Below are positions 39,091 through 54,044 of a DNA stretch of 64,000 bases, piece after piece (the first letter of the stretch is position 1; every line of letters begins with the position of its first letter). The translations under genes were made by a program, and so were the position numbers. The notes under the pieces are model-generated. The model was not told the origin of the DNA, did no database searches, and saw nothing but the letters and a program-made list of their open reading frames with translations. This DNA is from Pseudomonadota bacterium (GTDB lineage: Bacteria; Pseudomonadota; Gammaproteobacteria; Thiotrichales; Thiotrichaceae), in the NCBI GenBank assembly GCA_002747455.1, contig PDPG01000041.1, positions 14,980 to 78,979 of the forward strand, read 5' to 3'.

Positions 39091-40908
39091 TCATTGCACA
39101 GGCCGCTGTACTTCTGGAGATTCTGTCTGATTCTCCCCGGACAGCGTGGCAGATAACGGTGAATCTGCATAGATATTCTGGAAACGAATTTCCTGCGCAT
39201 ACGGAAACACATCACCAAAACTGCCACCACGAATCCTTTCCTGAACCGCTTTCCAATACGTCACGTCAAGCAAGTCTTTGTGGTGCTTTAAAAATAACTT
39301 ACGTCGCTCTGCTCGGGAGGATACAAAGAGCAAAAACTCCTCGGGGAATACGTCACGATCATCAATGGAATACCACGGCTCAGATGCCATCATTTGCTGC
39401 GGTGTACCTGGTGGCGGGATTTTGCGGAAGTTGCAGTCTTCCATTAATTCAATTTCATCATAATCATAGAAAATGACGCGGCAATTATTGGTAACACCAA
39501 AGTTTTTCAGCAACAAATCGCCGGGGAAGATATTTGCCTCCGCCAAATCCTTAATAGCATTTCCGTATTCAATAAATGCCCGTTCCAGTTGATCATCCTC
39601 AGCTTTATCAACGAACAAATTCAGTGGTTCTAGACGGCGCTCAATGTAAAGGTGGCGAATAATCAGGTAATCGCCTTCCACTTTAATGCTGGATGGAATG
39701 CGCTCGTATAAACTATCCAGTAATTCCTTGGAGAAGCGCGCCAAAGGCAGAGCAACGTGTGAAAACTCCAATGTATCAGCCAAGCGCCCTACCCGATCGT
39801 GCATTTTCACCAATTGATATTTATCTTTAACAATTTGGGTTGTCACTGTCTTGGGTGGCGCAAATTTATCGTTAATAATTTTAAAGACAAAAGGGTAGGA
39901 CGGCAAAGTAAACACTGTCATCACCATACCCAGCGTCCCCTTACTCACCACGAGCTGGTCGTTCGAGTGTTTCAGATGATCCAGAAAATCACGATAGAAC
40001 TCTGTCTTACCTTGTTTTTGCAGGCCAATAGAGGTGTAAAGATCTGCCGCAGTCTTGTGCGGTAGCATCTGGTGCAGGAAATTAACCACTGCCGATGGCA
40101 CTTCGGTATCCACCATGAAATAGGCGCGGGCGAAGCTGAACAGATTAGTAATGTCACGGTGCTTGGAGACCAGGGCATCGACGTAAATCTTGCCATCTTC
40201 ATCATGCAGCAATGGTACGACAAAGGGATGATGATGTGCGCCATCTAACGCACGAGCAACAATATAAGCCGCTTTGTTGCGATAAAAAATAGGCGCTAAA
40301 ACCTGAATCTGGTAGGAGTCTGTATACTTGCGCGTGGTCCTCAAGGACTGCCGTAGCTGATCGGTTAGGCGCATGACATCGCGCTTCAGATCGGCAAATT
40401 CCAACCCGACATCAAATGCTTTAAGCACTTCACGAACAGTACTTTCTAACTTGCCTTTAGTGGGGTAGTAGCTGTGATAAACCGGATTATCACCTGTCAG
40501 GTATTTAGTTGAGAGTGCGGGGCGAACAAAGATATAGTCGTTATTGTAGTAGCGGCGATTAAAAGATACAGTGAACACCGAGTTGTAAAATGTTTCTGCC
40601 AGCTCCGGCTGACGATGTTCGTACAGTAACGCGACATATTCCCGCTTAACCTCTTTCCACAATGACTTATCAATCGCTTGCAGATCAAATTTATTACGCA
40701 GCGCCTCGCATGCTTCATCCACCCGTCTGGAGTACAACAGAATCCGCTCGCGAGCCGCAACCCTGTCGGCAGCCCAGTCCTGTTCAATATAACGCTGCCT
40801 TGCGCCACGGGTAATATCCAAAAAAATTCGATAATGCCGGTTAAAAGCATCCAACACGTCTTGTGCGATTGCTTTAACGTCAATGTCTTGCGTTTGATCT
40901 GTTTTCAA
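39091..40908 (-). CDS. aceK: Isocitrate dehydrogenase kinase/phosphatase
   Basis: RQPELAETFYNSV, FSFARAYFMV, GLQKQGKTEFYRD, GMVMTVFTLPS, HDRVGRLADT, NIFPGDLLLKNFGVT, FYDYDEI; TTG start with SD. Confidence 0.96.
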   Translation of the reverse strand: MKTDQTQDIDVKAIAQDVLDAFNRHYRIFLDITRGARQRYIEQDWAADRVAARERILLYSRRVDEACEALRNKFDLQAIDKSLWKEVKREYVALLYEHRQPELAETFYNSVFTVSFNRRYYNNDYIFVRPALSTKYLTGDNPVYHSYYPTKGKLESTVREVLKAFDVGLEFADLKRDVMRLTDQLRQSLRTTRKYTDSYQIQVLAPIFYRNKAAYIVARALDGAHHHPFVVPLLHDEDGKIYVDALVSKHRDITNLFSFARAYFMVDTEVPSAVVNFLHQMLPHKTAADLYTSIGLQKQGKTEFYRDFLDHLKHSNDQLVVSKGTLGMVMTVFTLPSYPFVFKIINDKFAPPKTVTTQIVKDKYQLVKMHDRVGRLADTLEFSHVALPLARFSKELLDSLYERIPSSIKVEGDYLIIRHLYIERRLEPLNLFVDKAEDDQLERAFIEYGNAIKDLAEANIFPGDLLLKNFGVTNNCRVIFYDYDEIELMEDCNFRKIPPPGTPQQMMASEPWYSIDDRDVFPEEFLLFVSSRAERRKLFLKHHKDLLDVTYWKAVQERIRGGSFGDVFPYAQEIRFQNIYADSPLSATLSGENQTESPEVQRPVQ

Positions 40909-41286
40909 AAGACCTCACCATTTCACAAAGCCGAACCACCTAAGCCTCCCAATACCTTGAGCGAACGCTACCACAAAATAGGTAGCTGTGATAACCTCCC
41001 GAAGCTGACAAATCAACAATCATAGTGATGATTAAATATAGCAATACCTTACATTTAATATAAGCATAAGCTTGCTTGATATAGACTATTGGTTAAACCT
41101 GTACGTTTCCAAATATGCCCCTCAGTATAATCTCGGAGATGTTACAGAATGCGCCACTCAGCAACACCTTAGGAACAGGGGCAATAGAACTTACGGCGTA
41201 TTACCAAGTGTGCTCATTGCTAAATTCACTATCCTGAAGTAGACAGAGACACCACCCTAAAACACATCTAGGAGCATGTACTTAAA

Positions 41287-43925
<2,639 letters not shown>

Positions 43926-43966
43926 CCGGCAGTTATATAGGATCTCCTAGATTTAAGGAAACTCGA

Positions 43967-45133
43967 ATGAATTTACACGAATATCAAGCTAAAGCGTTGT
44001 TCCGTGAGTACGGCATTCCAACTCCGGTTGGTTATATCGGTAAGACGGTTGAGGAAGTTAAGGCGGCGGCTGAAAAAATTAGCACACCTAAAAAAGTGGT
44101 TAAGGCACAGGTTCATGCAGGTGGCCGTGGTAAAGCCGGTGGCGTTAAGCTGTTTGACAGTGCGGATGAGGCGGCTGAATTTGCAGGCAGCTTGTTGGGT
44201 ACTAACCTGGTGACTTTCCAGACCGATGCAAAGGGTCAGCCAGTAAATACCATTTATGTGGAAGAAACCAGCGACATTGCTCGTGAGTTATACCTAAGTG
44301 CAGTTCTGGATCGCTCTTCGCGGCGCATTGTAATCATGGCATCAACCGAAGGTGGCATGGATATTGAGGAAGTGGCAGCCAAGACACCAGAGAAGATTCT
44401 GACTGCCACCGTTGATCCGATAGTTGGTGTAATGCCTTACCAGTGCCGTGACATCGCCTTCGCAATGGGGCTTGAAGGTGCTCAGATTAAGCAGTTTTCT
44501 AAAATCCTCATCGGCATGGGCAAGCTGTTCAAAGAAAAAGATTTGTCTATGGTTGAGGTGAACCCGCTGGTCGTGACTGAACAGGGTGACCTGCTGTGTC
44601 TGGACGGTAAGATCGGCGTTGATGGCAGCGCCTTGTATCGCCACCCTGATCTGGAGGCACTGCGCGATATGTCTCAGGAAGATGCTCGTGAGGCGCGTGC
44701 TGAAGAATGGGAATTAAACTATGTTGCCTTGGATGGCAATATCGGTTGTATGGTAAATGGTGCGGGTCTTGCCATGGCAACGATGGATATCATCAAGTTG
44801 CAAGGTGGTGATCCGGCAAACTTCCTTGATGTAGGTGGTACCGCAACGGCTGAGCGTGTGGCTGAAGCGCTAAAAATCATTCTGTCTGATGACAAGGTTG
44901 AAGGTATTTTGGTGAATATCTTTGGTGGAATCGTCCGTTGTGACTTGATCGCTGAGGGTATTATCGCAGCGGTTAAAGAAGTGAACATTCAGGTTCCTTT
45001 GGTCGTGCGTTTGCAAGGTAACCATGCCGAAGAAGGGGCGGCATTGCTGGAAGCAAGTGGTCTTGACCTAATCAGTAAAAATGATCTAACAGAAGCTGCA
45101 AACGCGATTGTTGCTGCGGTAGGAGAAAAGTAA
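43967..45133 (+). CDS. sucC: Succinyl-CoA synthetase beta subunit
   Basis: [49 protein letters not shown]. Confidence 0.98.
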   Translation: MNLHEYQAKALFREYGIPTPVGYIGKTVEEVKAAAEKISTPKKVVKAQVHAGGRGKAGGVKLFDSADEAAEFAGSLLGTNLVTFQTDAKGQPVNTIYVEETSDIARELYLSAVLDRSSRRIVIMASTEGGMDIEEVAAKTPEKILTATVDPIVGVMPYQCRDIAFAMGLEGAQIKQFSKILIGMGKLFKEKDLSMVEVNPLVVTEQGDLLCLDGKIGVDGSALYRHPDLEALRDMSQEDAREARAEEWELNYVALDGNIGCMVNGAGLAMATMDIIKLQGGDPANFLDVGGTATAERVAEALKIILSDDKVEGILVNIFGGIVRCDLIAEGIIAAVKEVNIQVPLVVRLQGNHAEEGAALLEASGLDLISKNDLTEAANAIVAAVGEK

Positions 45134-46005
45134 TGAGTGTTTTAGTCAATAAAGATACTAAAGTCATCTGCCAGGGATTCACTGGCAAGCAAGGTACTTT
45201 CCACTCTCAGCAAGCGATTGAATACGGTACGCAAATGGTAGGTGGTGTGACGCCAGGCAAAGGCGGTGAGACTCACCTAGACCTCCCCGTGTTCAACACT
45301 GCGCGTGAAGCGGTTGAAGCAACTGGCGCCAATGCAAGTGTCATCTACGTGCCAGCTCCATTCTGTAAGGACTCCATTATCGAGGCCGCCGAGTCTGGTG
45401 TTGAGCTGGTTGTGTGTATTACAGAAGGTATTCCCGCCTTGGATATGCTGGATGCAAAGATGATCGTCGATAGCCTTGGTGTACGTCTGATCGGTCCGAA
45501 CTGCCCAGGAATCATTACACCTGATGAGTGTAAAATCGGCATCATGCCGGGGGCTATGCACAAAGCGGGTAAAGTGGGCGTAGTGTCCCGCTCCGGTACC
45601 TTGACTTATGAGTGTGTCAAACAGACTTCTGATCTTGGCTTCGGTCAAAGTACCTGTATCGGCATTGGTGGTGACCCTATTCCGGGCACTAACTTCATTG
45701 ATGCGCTGACTTTATTCGAGAACGATCCACAAACTGAAGCCATTTTAATGGTTGGTGAGATCGGTGGTAGCGCGGAAGAAGAAGCGGCTGAGTTCATCAA
45801 GAGCAATGTCACAAAACCGGTGATTGCCTACATCGCTGGTGTTACAGCACCTCCGGGAAAGCGTATGGGACATGCCGGCGCAATCATTGCTGGTGGTAAA
45901 GGTACCGCTGACGACAAGTTTGCTGCACTGGAGGCTGCGGGTGTTTACACGGTTCGCTCCCCTGCACAACTTGGCCAAGGCGTTAAAGCGCACACTGGCT
46001 GGTAG
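45133..46005 (+). CDS. sucD: Succinyl-CoA synthetase alpha subunit
   Basis: [29 protein letters not shown]. Confidence 0.98.
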   Translation: MSVLVNKDTKVICQGFTGKQGTFHSQQAIEYGTQMVGGVTPGKGGETHLDLPVFNTAREAVEATGANASVIYVPAPFCKDSIIEAAESGVELVVCITEGIPALDMLDAKMIVDSLGVRLIGPNCPGIITPDECKIGIMPGAMHKAGKVGVVSRSGTLTYECVKQTSDLGFGQSTCIGIGGDPIPGTNFIDALTLFENDPQTEAILMVGEIGGSAEEEAAEFIKSNVTKPVIAYIAGVTAPPGKRMGHAGAIIAGGKGTADDKFAALEAAGVYTVRSPAQLGQGVKAHTGW

Positions 46006-46145
46006 GCGCTGTGTTCTCAGCGCGAGCTGACTAGAGAGTCACAAAATCCCGCAATCTGATTTTACTCCTGTTGAGTATCAGGTTGCGGTTCTGGTTTATG
46101 GGCTTCGAGCAGACGCTACATCACATTAAAGATCGGAGAGGCTTT

Positions 46146-48743
46146 ATGTTAGAGAATTACAGAAAACACGTTGAGGAGCGGGCTGAGCTTAGCATCGTTC
46201 CCAAAGCGCTTGACCCTGCTCAAACGGCTGAGCTGGTGGCATTGCTGAAAAACCCACCTGCTGGTGAGGAGGAGACGATACTGGATCTGATCACTCATCG
46301 TGTTCCTGCGGGCGTGGATGAAGCAGCTTATGTGAAAGCCGCGTTTTTGGCAGATATTACCAAAGGTGAAGCAAGTTCCCCGTTAATCGACCGATTACAC
46401 GCCACCAAACTGCTTGGTACTATGTTGGGTGGCTATAATGTCCAGCCACTGATTGATTGCTTGGATGACGACGATCTGGCTGCCGAGGCCGCCGCCGCAT
46501 TATCCCACACCTTGTTAGTATTTGATGCCTTCCACGACATTAAAGAAAAAGCCGATGCCGGAAACCAATACGCAAAACAGGTCATACAGTCGTGGGCAGA
46601 CGGTGAATGGTTCACATCAAAACCAAAGCTTGCGGAAAAGATCACACTAAAAGTTTTCATGGTACCCGGCGAAACCAACACAGATGACCTGTCCCCTGCC
46701 CCTGATGCCTGGTCTCGTCCTGATATTCCTTTACATGCGCGAGCAATGCTGAAAATGGAACGTGAAGGCATTGTACCGGATGAACCGGGAAAAGTAGGCC
46801 CGATCAAGCTTATCGCCGAAATGGAAGAAGATGGCATACCGTTGGTTTATGTGGGCGATGTGGTCGGTACGGGCTCTTCGCGCAAGTCTGCGGCGAACTC
46901 AGTGATGTGGTATATCGGCGACGACATTCCTTTCATCCCCAATAAGCGTGATGGTGGCTTCTGCTTTGGTGGAAAAATTGCGCCAATTTTCTTCAACACC
47001 CTGGAAGATGGCGGTGCGTTACCACTGGAAATGGATGTTTCGAAGATGGAAATGGGTGATTTAATTGACCTGTTCCCATACGAAGGTGTAGTGAAGCGCA
47101 GTGGAACTGACGAAGTAATTGCTGAATTTGAGCTAAAAACGCCGGTGCTAATGGATGAGGTGCAGGCCGGTGGTCGTATTCCATTGATCATTGGCCGTGG
47201 CTTGACTGCACGTGCACGCGAAGCATTGGGTCTCCCCCCTTCTGACTTATTCTTGAAACCAATTGATCCGACAGATACCGGCAAAGGTTACACATTAGCC
47301 CAGAAGATGGTGGGTAAGGCCTGCGGCGTTAAGGGGGTTCGCCCCGGTATGTATTGCGAGCCTAAGATGACGACAGTAGGCTCTCAGGATACCACCGGCC
47401 CGATGACACGCGACGAGCTCAAAGACTTGGCTTGTCTGGGCTTCTCCGCAGACTTGACCATGCAATCTTTTTGCCACACTGCGGCTTACCCAAAACCGGT
47501 TGATGTCAAAACCCACCACAGCCTGCCAGACTTTATTATGAATCGTGGTGGCGTATCTTTGCGTCCGGGTGATGGTGTTATCCATTCATGGCTGAACCGT
47601 ATGCTACTGCCGGATACCGTTGGTACTGGCGGTGATTCCCACACTCGCTTCCCTCTGGGTATTTCGTTTCCGGCAGGTTCTGGTCTGGTTGCTTTCGCCG
47701 CTGCAACCGGTGTCATGCCGCTGGATATGCCGGAGTCGGTGCTGGTTCGTTTCTCTGGTGAATTACAACCCGGCATCACTTTGCGCGATCTGGTCAATGC
47801 GATTCCTTACGCCGCCATTCAAGAAGGCTTGTTGACGGTAGAGAAGGAAGGAAAGAAAAATATCTTCTCTGGCCGTATTCTTGAAATTGAAGGATTGCCA
47901 CAGCTAAAGGTTGAGCAGGCGTTTGAACTCTCCGATGCTTCTGCCGAGCGTTCCGCATCGGGTTGTACTATAAAGCTGGATAAAGAACCGATCATTGAGT
48001 ATCTGCAATCCAACATCGTTATGCTGCGATGGATGATTGCTTCAGGCTACGGTGATGTCCGCACCATTGAGCGCCGTATCAAGGCGATGCAGGAGTGGGT
48101 TGCTAATCCTGAGCTGCTGGAGGCCGACAAGGATGCCGAATATGCCGCAGTCATTGACATTGATCTGAATGACATTAAGGAACCAATCCTTGCCTGTCCA
48201 AATGACCCTGATGATGTCAAGCTGTTATCGGAGGTTGCGGGCACACATATTGATGAGGTATTTCTCGGCTCTTGCATGACGAACATTGGCCACTTCCGTG
48301 CCTCAGGTAAGCTGCTGGAGAAATTAAGTGGCTCTGTACCGACCCGCCTGTGGATTGCACCGCCTACCAAGATGGATGAAGCCCAACTGGTGGAGGAAGG
48401 GTATTATGGTATCTTCGGTCGTGTAGGCGCCAGAACAGAAATGCCCGGTTGCTCACTCTGCATGGGCAATCAGGCGCGGGTTGCGGCGAAGAGTACGGTG
48501 GTGTCGACCTCCACCCGTAACTTCCCCAACCGTCTGGGTGATGGTGCTTTTGTGTACCTATCATCCGCAGAACTTGCCGCAGTTGCGTCGATTCTTGGTC
48601 GTATCCCAACGGTTGAAGAATATATGGCGTATGCAGCAGATCTCGACACCATGGCAGATGATGTTTACCGCTATCTCAATTTCAATGAGATTGAGAGCTA
48701 TCAGGATGCAGCAGAGACTGTTATTCCGATTCAGGCAGTTTAA
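46146..48743 (+). CDS. acnB: Aconitate hydratase B
   Basis: [49 protein letters not shown]; ATG 46146 (track start 46071 is too long). Confidence 0.98.
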   Translation: MLENYRKHVEERAELSIVPKALDPAQTAELVALLKNPPAGEEETILDLITHRVPAGVDEAAYVKAAFLADITKGEASSPLIDRLHATKLLGTMLGGYNVQPLIDCLDDDDLAAEAAAALSHTLLVFDAFHDIKEKADAGNQYAKQVIQSWADGEWFTSKPKLAEKITLKVFMVPGETNTDDLSPAPDAWSRPDIPLHARAMLKMEREGIVPDEPGKVGPIKLIAEMEEDGIPLVYVGDVVGTGSSRKSAANSVMWYIGDDIPFIPNKRDGGFCFGGKIAPIFFNTLEDGGALPLEMDVSKMEMGDLIDLFPYEGVVKRSGTDEVIAEFELKTPVLMDEVQAGGRIPLIIGRGLTARAREALGLPPSDLFLKPIDPTDTGKGYTLAQKMVGKACGVKGVRPGMYCEPKMTTVGSQDTTGPMTRDELKDLACLGFSADLTMQSFCHTAAYPKPVDVKTHHSLPDFIMNRGGVSLRPGDGVIHSWLNRMLLPDTVGTGGDSHTRFPLGISFPAGSGLVAFAAATGVMPLDMPESVLVRFSGELQPGITLRDLVNAIPYAAIQEGLLTVEKEGKKNIFSGRILEIEGLPQLKVEQAFELSDASAERSASGCTIKLDKEPIIEYLQSNIVMLRWMIASGYGDVRTIERRIKAMQEWVANPELLEADKDAEYAAVIDIDLNDIKEPILACPNDPDDVKLLSEVAGTHIDEVFLGSCMTNIGHFRASGKLLEKLSGSVPTRLWIAPPTKMDEAQLVEEGYYGIFGRVGARTEMPGCSLCMGNQARVAAKSTVVSTSTRNFPNRLGDGAFVYLSSAELAAVASILGRIPTVEEYMAYAADLDTMADDVYRYLNFNEIESYQDAAETVIPIQAV

Positions 48744-48759
48744 ACACTTTAACCTACAC

Positions 48760-48795
48760 AACGCCCCGCCCGGCCCAAGCGGGGCGTTTTTATTT
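48760..48795 (+). terminator. Rho-independent terminator after acnB
   Basis: AACGCCCCGC-loop-GCGGGGCGTT-TTTATTT. Confidence 0.8.
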
Positions 48796-48816
48796 AACCA
48801 CAGGACTTTGGAAACG

Positions 48817-50415
48817 ATGACAACAATTAACGTCTCTAAGTACGGCATTGAGCAAGTAAGCGAAATAGTCTACAACCCCTCTTACGACACTCTGTATCAG
48901 GAAGAAACTCGTGATGATCTGACAGGTTATGAACGCGGAATCCAAACGGATACCGGTGCGATTAACGTAAAGACCGGCATTTTTACTGGCCGCTCGCCAA
49001 AGGACAAATACATTGTCCGCGATAACATGACCAAAGATACCATCTGGTGGTCTGATCAGGGTAAGAACGACAATAAGCCCATGTCCCCCGAAGTGTTTGA
49101 AGACCTACAGCGACTGGTTGCCAAGCAATTATCTGGAAAAAGACTGTTTGTCATTGATGCCTTCTGTGGCGCAAATGAAAGCTCCCGCCTGAATGTACGC
49201 TTTATTACTGAAGTCGCCTGGCAAGCGCATTTTGTTAAAAACATGTTTATCCGTCCCTCTGAGGAAGAGCTTGAAGGCTTTGAACCAGATTTTGTTGTGA
49301 TGAACGGTGCCAAGGTCACTAACCCAAATTGGGAACGACAGGGACTAAACTCCGAGAATTTCGTTGCCTTCAACCTAACCAAAGGCGTACAACTTATCGG
49401 TGGCACCTGGTACGGCGGTGAGATGAAGAAGGGTTTGTTCTCAATGATGAACTACTTCCTGCCACTGAAAGGCATTGCCTCTATGCACTGCTCTGCCAAT
49501 ATGGGCAAGGAAGGCGACACCGCTATTTTCTTCGGCCTGTCCGGAACGGGTAAAACAACATTGTCAACCGATTCTAAACGTGCCCTGATCGGCGATGACG
49601 AGCACGGTTGGGATGATGACGGTGTGTTCAATTTTGAAGGCGGCTGCTACGCCAAAACTATCAACCTCAATGCTGAGGCTGAACCTGAGATCCACAAAGC
49701 GATTCGCCGGAATGCCTTACTTGAAAACGTCACCGTCCGCGCAGATTCCTCCATTGACTTTGATGACAGCTCGGTCACAGAAAATACACGTGTTTCTTAC
49801 CCGATTGAGCATATTGAGAATATCGTACGTCCATATTCACGCGGCGGCGCAGCTCAGAAAGTTATCTTCCTGTCTGCGGATGCGTTTGGTGTATTGCCGC
49901 CTGTTTCAAAACTAACACCGGAGCAAACCCAATATCACTTTTTATCTGGCTTCACCGCTAAATTAGCTGGCACAGAGCGCGATGTTGACAAGCCTACGCC
50001 GACATTTTCAGCATGTTTCGGCGCAGCTTTTCTCAGTCTCCACCCAACAAAGTATGCAGAAACGCTGGTCAAACGCATGCAAGATGCTGGCGCAACTGCT
50101 TATTTGGTAAATACTGGATGGAATGGAGCCAACAGTCGTATCTCCATTAAGGATACCCGTGGCATTATCAATGCAATTTTGGACGGCAGTATTGAAGAAG
50201 CAGAATGTAAAACCATTCCTTACTTCAACCTTGCCGTACCCATGGCACTTCCCGGTGTAGATAGCGGTATCCTAGATCCGCGTGATACTTACAAAGATGC
50301 AGAAGAATGGAATAGACGCGCTCACAATCTGGCAAAGTTGTTCATTACTAACTTTGTGAAGTACACCGATACCCCTGCTGGTGAAGCCTTGCTAAGTGCA
50401 GGCCCACAGCTTTAA
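48817..50415 (+). CDS. pckA: PEP carboxykinase (ATP)
   Basis: [49 protein letters not shown]; true ATG 48817. Confidence 0.97.
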   Translation: MTTINVSKYGIEQVSEIVYNPSYDTLYQEETRDDLTGYERGIQTDTGAINVKTGIFTGRSPKDKYIVRDNMTKDTIWWSDQGKNDNKPMSPEVFEDLQRLVAKQLSGKRLFVIDAFCGANESSRLNVRFITEVAWQAHFVKNMFIRPSEEELEGFEPDFVVMNGAKVTNPNWERQGLNSENFVAFNLTKGVQLIGGTWYGGEMKKGLFSMMNYFLPLKGIASMHCSANMGKEGDTAIFFGLSGTGKTTLSTDSKRALIGDDEHGWDDDGVFNFEGGCYAKTINLNAEAEPEIHKAIRRNALLENVTVRADSSIDFDDSSVTENTRVSYPIEHIENIVRPYSRGGAAQKVIFLSADAFGVLPPVSKLTPEQTQYHFLSGFTAKLAGTERDVDKPTPTFSACFGAAFLSLHPTKYAETLVKRMQDAGATAYLVNTGWNGANSRISIKDTRGIINAILDGSIEEAECKTIPYFNLAVPMALPGVDSGILDPRDTYKDAEEWNRRAHNLAKLFITNFVKYTDTPAGEALLSAGPQL

Positions 50416-50458
50416 ACAGACATCATTTATCATCAACATGACTGCATGATGTTCCGGC

Positions 50459-50492
50459 ACAAAAAAACCGCTTTCACCAGCGGTTTTTTTGT
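50459..50492. terminator. Bidirectional terminator between pckA and fadD
   Basis: ACAAAAAAACCGCT-TTCACC-AGCGGTTTTTTTGT. Confidence 0.85.
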
Positions 50493-50528
50493 CAGTATCC
50501 TTTTTTACTTCATCACGCCTTAACCAAC

Positions 50529-52196
50529 TTATGCATCCCTATCCCGCAACTCACGACGAAGTATCTTACCCACATTACTCTTGGGCAGCTCATCCGTAAT
50601 AATAATCTGCTTGGGCCGCTTGTAGCCGGTCAACTCATGATGTAAGTAATCCTTTAGCTCTTTTTTTGTCAAACCTTCATCACTCGGTACAACAAACAAC
50701 TTCACCGCTTCGCCAGATTTTTCATCTGGCACACCGACAACACCTGCTTCCAGCACCTTAGCATGGCTCGCTGCCACATCTTCAATCTCATTCGGATACA
50801 CATTAAAGCCAGAAACAATAATCATATCCTTCAAGCGATCCACGATCCTGACAAAGCCTTGTTCATCAATCTCGGCCACATCACCTGTTCTTAACCAGCC
50901 ATCAGCATCCAATACATTGGCAGTCTCATCAGGGCGATTCCAGTAGCCCTTCATGACCTGAGGCCCTCTCACGCACAACTCACCCGGTTCATTCAGGCCA
51001 AGCTCCACGCCTTCAGCGTCACGGATACAGACCTCTGTTGAGGGCAGTGGCAAACCAATCGCCCCATTAAACTCTTTCAGGTCAACAGGGTTAATACATA
51101 CGGCTGGTGAACTCTCCGTCAGGCCATACGCTTCAACCAAAGTACAGCCAGTAATACGCTTCCATTCTTCGGCAACATAACGCTGAACCGCCATACCACC
51201 GCCCAGTGACAATCGCAGATTCGAGAAATCCAGTGACTCAAAGCCCGACGTGTGGATCAGTCCATTAAACAAGGTATTAACACCCGTAATGGAAGAAAAG
51301 CGTCGCCCCTTGAGCGTTTTTACAAAACCTTTCATATCGCGGGGGTTGGTAATTAGCAAGCTGTTTGCACCCAACTTCATGCTAAACAGGGCATTAGCCG
51401 TCAAGGCAAAGATGTGATACAGCGGCAAGGCTGTAATGGATAACTCCTGCCCTTCATGTAACTCACTCGCTGCCCAAGTATGTGCCTGTAGCAAGTTGGC
51501 AAGCATATTGCGGTGCGTCAGTGCTGCTCCTTTAGCAACACCCGTCGTTCCACCCGTATATTGTAGGAATGCTATATCCTCGTGACCCACTTCGGCTTCC
51601 TGAAAGGGATATTTATCACCTTCGGCCAAAACTGTTTTAAGCTTAACCGCAGTGGGCAAATTAAACTTCGGCACCATTCTTTTTATATATTTGACGACGA
51701 TGTTCACCAATAGTGATTTTGGGAAATCAAGAAAATCAGCAAGTTGTGTAGTAATAACAGTCTTTACCGGTGTGTGATCAATCACATCCGACAAGGTGTG
51801 GGCAAAATTTTCCAGAATAATGATTGCCTTCGCGCCAGAATCCTTTAACTGATGCTCCAACTCACGATCAGTGTACAAAGGATTTGTATTGACAACGATC
51901 AAGCCTGCACGTAGGGCACCGAACAAAGCCACTGGATATTGCAGCAAGTTCGGTAGCATAATCGCAATCCGATCACCCTTTTTCATGCCTGCTACATGCG
52001 TCAGATAGGAAGCAAACTGCGTGGCTAGCCGATCAAGTTCCTGATAAGTAATTTGCTTACCCATGTTCTCGTAGGCAGGCCTATCACCGAACTTGCCAAC
52101 ACTTTTAGCCACTAAATCGTTCAGTGATGAGTAACTACTCAGATCAATTTCAGGGTCTACACCTTGCGGATAACTTGATAGCCAGATTTTTTCCAC
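50529..52196 (-). CDS. fadD: Long-chain fatty acid-CoA ligase
   Basis: FLQYTGGTTGVAKGA, EAYGLTESSP, GWLRTGD, KSNVGKILRR; GTG start with GAGGAG SD. Confidence 0.93.
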   Translation of the reverse strand: MEKIWLSSYPQGVDPEIDLSSYSSLNDLVAKSVGKFGDRPAYENMGKQITYQELDRLATQFASYLTHVAGMKKGDRIAIMLPNLLQYPVALFGALRAGLIVVNTNPLYTDRELEHQLKDSGAKAIIILENFAHTLSDVIDHTPVKTVITTQLADFLDFPKSLLVNIVVKYIKRMVPKFNLPTAVKLKTVLAEGDKYPFQEAEVGHEDIAFLQYTGGTTGVAKGAALTHRNMLANLLQAHTWAASELHEGQELSITALPLYHIFALTANALFSMKLGANSLLITNPRDMKGFVKTLKGRRFSSITGVNTLFNGLIHTSGFESLDFSNLRLSLGGGMAVQRYVAEEWKRITGCTLVEAYGLTESSPAVCINPVDLKEFNGAIGLPLPSTEVCIRDAEGVELGLNEPGELCVRGPQVMKGYWNRPDETANVLDADGWLRTGDVAEIDEQGFVRIVDRLKDMIIVSGFNVYPNEIEDVAASHAKVLEAGVVGVPDEKSGEAVKLFVVPSDEGLTKKELKDYLHHELTGYKRPKQIIITDELPKSNVGKILRRELRDRDA

Positions 52197-52363
52197 GTCT
52201 ACTCCTCAATGCAATACTTCGGACAAACCGTCACCGTAGTTTATTATTATTTTCTAATCTCCACGATGAACCGATGGTAAATTCAATTTACTTATACGTC
52301 AATCAATTACCCTTGCTGCAAACTGCCCCCCGAATTACCGCAAACAAAAAGTAACCACTCCAC

Positions 52364-53797
52364 TCATTCAGCAGGCCGGTAGACTTTAACATTGTGATAC
52401 CCCAGTTCATGCAAATAGGCTGCATGTAGTTGACTCATAACGCCTTTATCACAGTAGAGTAGATATTCTTTGCCCTTGTCCAGTGTTTCAAATCGCTTAT
52501 TTAACTGATGAAACGGAATATGTAAATTAGCCATTTCCAGCGGTGACTCTGTTGCCCGAATATCAATTAGTGTCTGTCCATTAAGCTCTGCCACACAGCC
52601 CACCTGTGGTTTCTCATTAACTTCTTGGATAATGTTGGCCATCGACACTTTATGCATACTCTCCAGTGCCGCATGAAACCAACTATCTCCTAAGGCTTCT
52701 TCTGCTTGTTTTACTTCAGAGAATCGGGCCGCAACGGTTGGTTTTTTTGAGATAACGCCGCAGTACTCAACCATATTTTTTGCAAATATCGCACTGCCAA
52801 TGTCTTCCGCAATGTTGATAATGTCCGTCTTATCCATCGCAATCAGTGGTCGCAGCACCAAGTGATCCGTACCCTCATTGATGACTGATAAATTTGCCAA
52901 GGTCTGACTGGACACTTGCGCCAGACTCTCCCCTGTCACCAAGGTACTTACTCTGGCTTTACTAGCGACCACATCCGCCACACGCATCATGGCACGCTTG
53001 AGCAATACGCCATTCAGCGAAGGGTTGGGTAATGCCATTAAATCAGCCACAAAGTGCTCCAATGACACATTGTAAAAATACGCACTGTGGCTACATCCGA
53101 ATTTTTGCCAAAGGTATAAAGCCGCTTGCTGCGCACCCAGCGAATGAGCGGGGCCACCGAGATTAAAAAACAAATAATTCACCCGGCAGCCACGGCGCAT
53201 CATTTGGTAACTGGCAACGGAGGAATCAAAACCACCGGAAATCAGGCTCAACACCGACCCCTGCGTACCAATGGGGTATCCGCCCAAGCCCAAAACCTTG
53301 TCACGAATGAAATAGACTTTATCCCGAAGTATCTCGATTGAGACCGTAATATCCGGCTGCTTCAGCTTAACGTGGCTATCCTGGCTGTTGGCCAGCAGTA
53401 CCGCACCCAATTTGCGTTCCACATCCAATGATGAAAAATCATGCTCACCAACCCGATGACAACGCACCACAAAGCTCTTGCCAGAAATTTTATCTACGTA
53501 ATAACCAACAACCTTTTCAGCAAGGAATGCAATGGCATCTTTTTCTGGCAGCGATGCACTTTCCACTGTCAGGATGCTATGAATGCCGGGAACATCACCC
53601 AATCGCCGTTGACAGCTTGTCGATAACTCCGCCGTACAATCAATTTCCAGACGATTTGAGTGCGCACGAACGCGAACTTTGGGATCAATGGCGCGAAGTA
53701 CCTGACGCACATTTTTAGAAAGCTGATTCAAATGCCAAGCACGAACTGAGCGGCTTTTGATAAAACTTTCGGAAGCGACTTTGACGATAAAACGCAT
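52364..53797 (-). CDS. thiI: tRNA 4-thiouridine synthase ThiI (THUMP, PP-loop, rhodanese-like)
   Basis: LISGGFDSSVA, TGESLAQVSSQTL, EYCGVISKKPT, C-terminal YCDKGVMS. Confidence 0.93.
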   Translation of the reverse strand: MRFIVKVASESFIKSRSVRAWHLNQLSKNVRQVLRAIDPKVRVRAHSNRLEIDCTAELSTSCQRRLGDVPGIHSILTVESASLPEKDAIAFLAEKVVGYYVDKISGKSFVVRCHRVGEHDFSSLDVERKLGAVLLANSQDSHVKLKQPDITVSIEILRDKVYFIRDKVLGLGGYPIGTQGSVLSLISGGFDSSVASYQMMRRGCRVNYLFFNLGGPAHSLGAQQAALYLWQKFGCSHSAYFYNVSLEHFVADLMALPNPSLNGVLLKRAMMRVADVVASKARVSTLVTGESLAQVSSQTLANLSVINEGTDHLVLRPLIAMDKTDIINIAEDIGSAIFAKNMVEYCGVISKKPTVAARFSEVKQAEEALGDSWFHAALESMHKVSMANIIQEVNEKPQVGCVAELNGQTLIDIRATESPLEMANLHIPFHQLNKRFETLDKGKEYLLYCDKGVMSQLHAAYLHELGYHNVKVYRPAE

Positions 53798-54000
53798 ACG
53801 GTGATGTCCTGATACTGAGCGAGGTCTTAAGTGGTGCGGAGTATATCACCGAGCTTTATGCGCGACAAAAGATCATTGCTTGGTGTGGGAGGTAAAACAG
53901 TTAATGCATCTATTACTAAATTATTGTTTTACAAAGAATTATGGCGTATTTTTTCTACCGTATTGTTACGCTGAGCAAAGCGTTATTCCTTTAAAACACT

Positions 54001-54034
54001 TTGTACATCCTTAGCTTGTACGTTACGATGTACG
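54001..54034 (+). promoter_or_regulatory. Sigma70 promoter and operator of TA module 1
   Basis: TTGTAC(54001-06)-17 bp-TACGAT(54024-29), overlapped by TGTACA/TGTACG/TGTACG at 54002, 54017, 54029. Confidence 0.65.
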
Positions 54035-54044
54035 AAATACAGAT

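Noticed and set aside
38946-39230. 94-aa ORF as a real gene
   Set aside because: Its N-half is an alternate frame of the aceK 3' end and its C-half is the rraA remnant.
48481-48816. Extended pckA N-terminus in the ORF track
   Set aside because: It overlaps acnB by about 260 bp and crosses a terminator; homology begins at ATG 48817.
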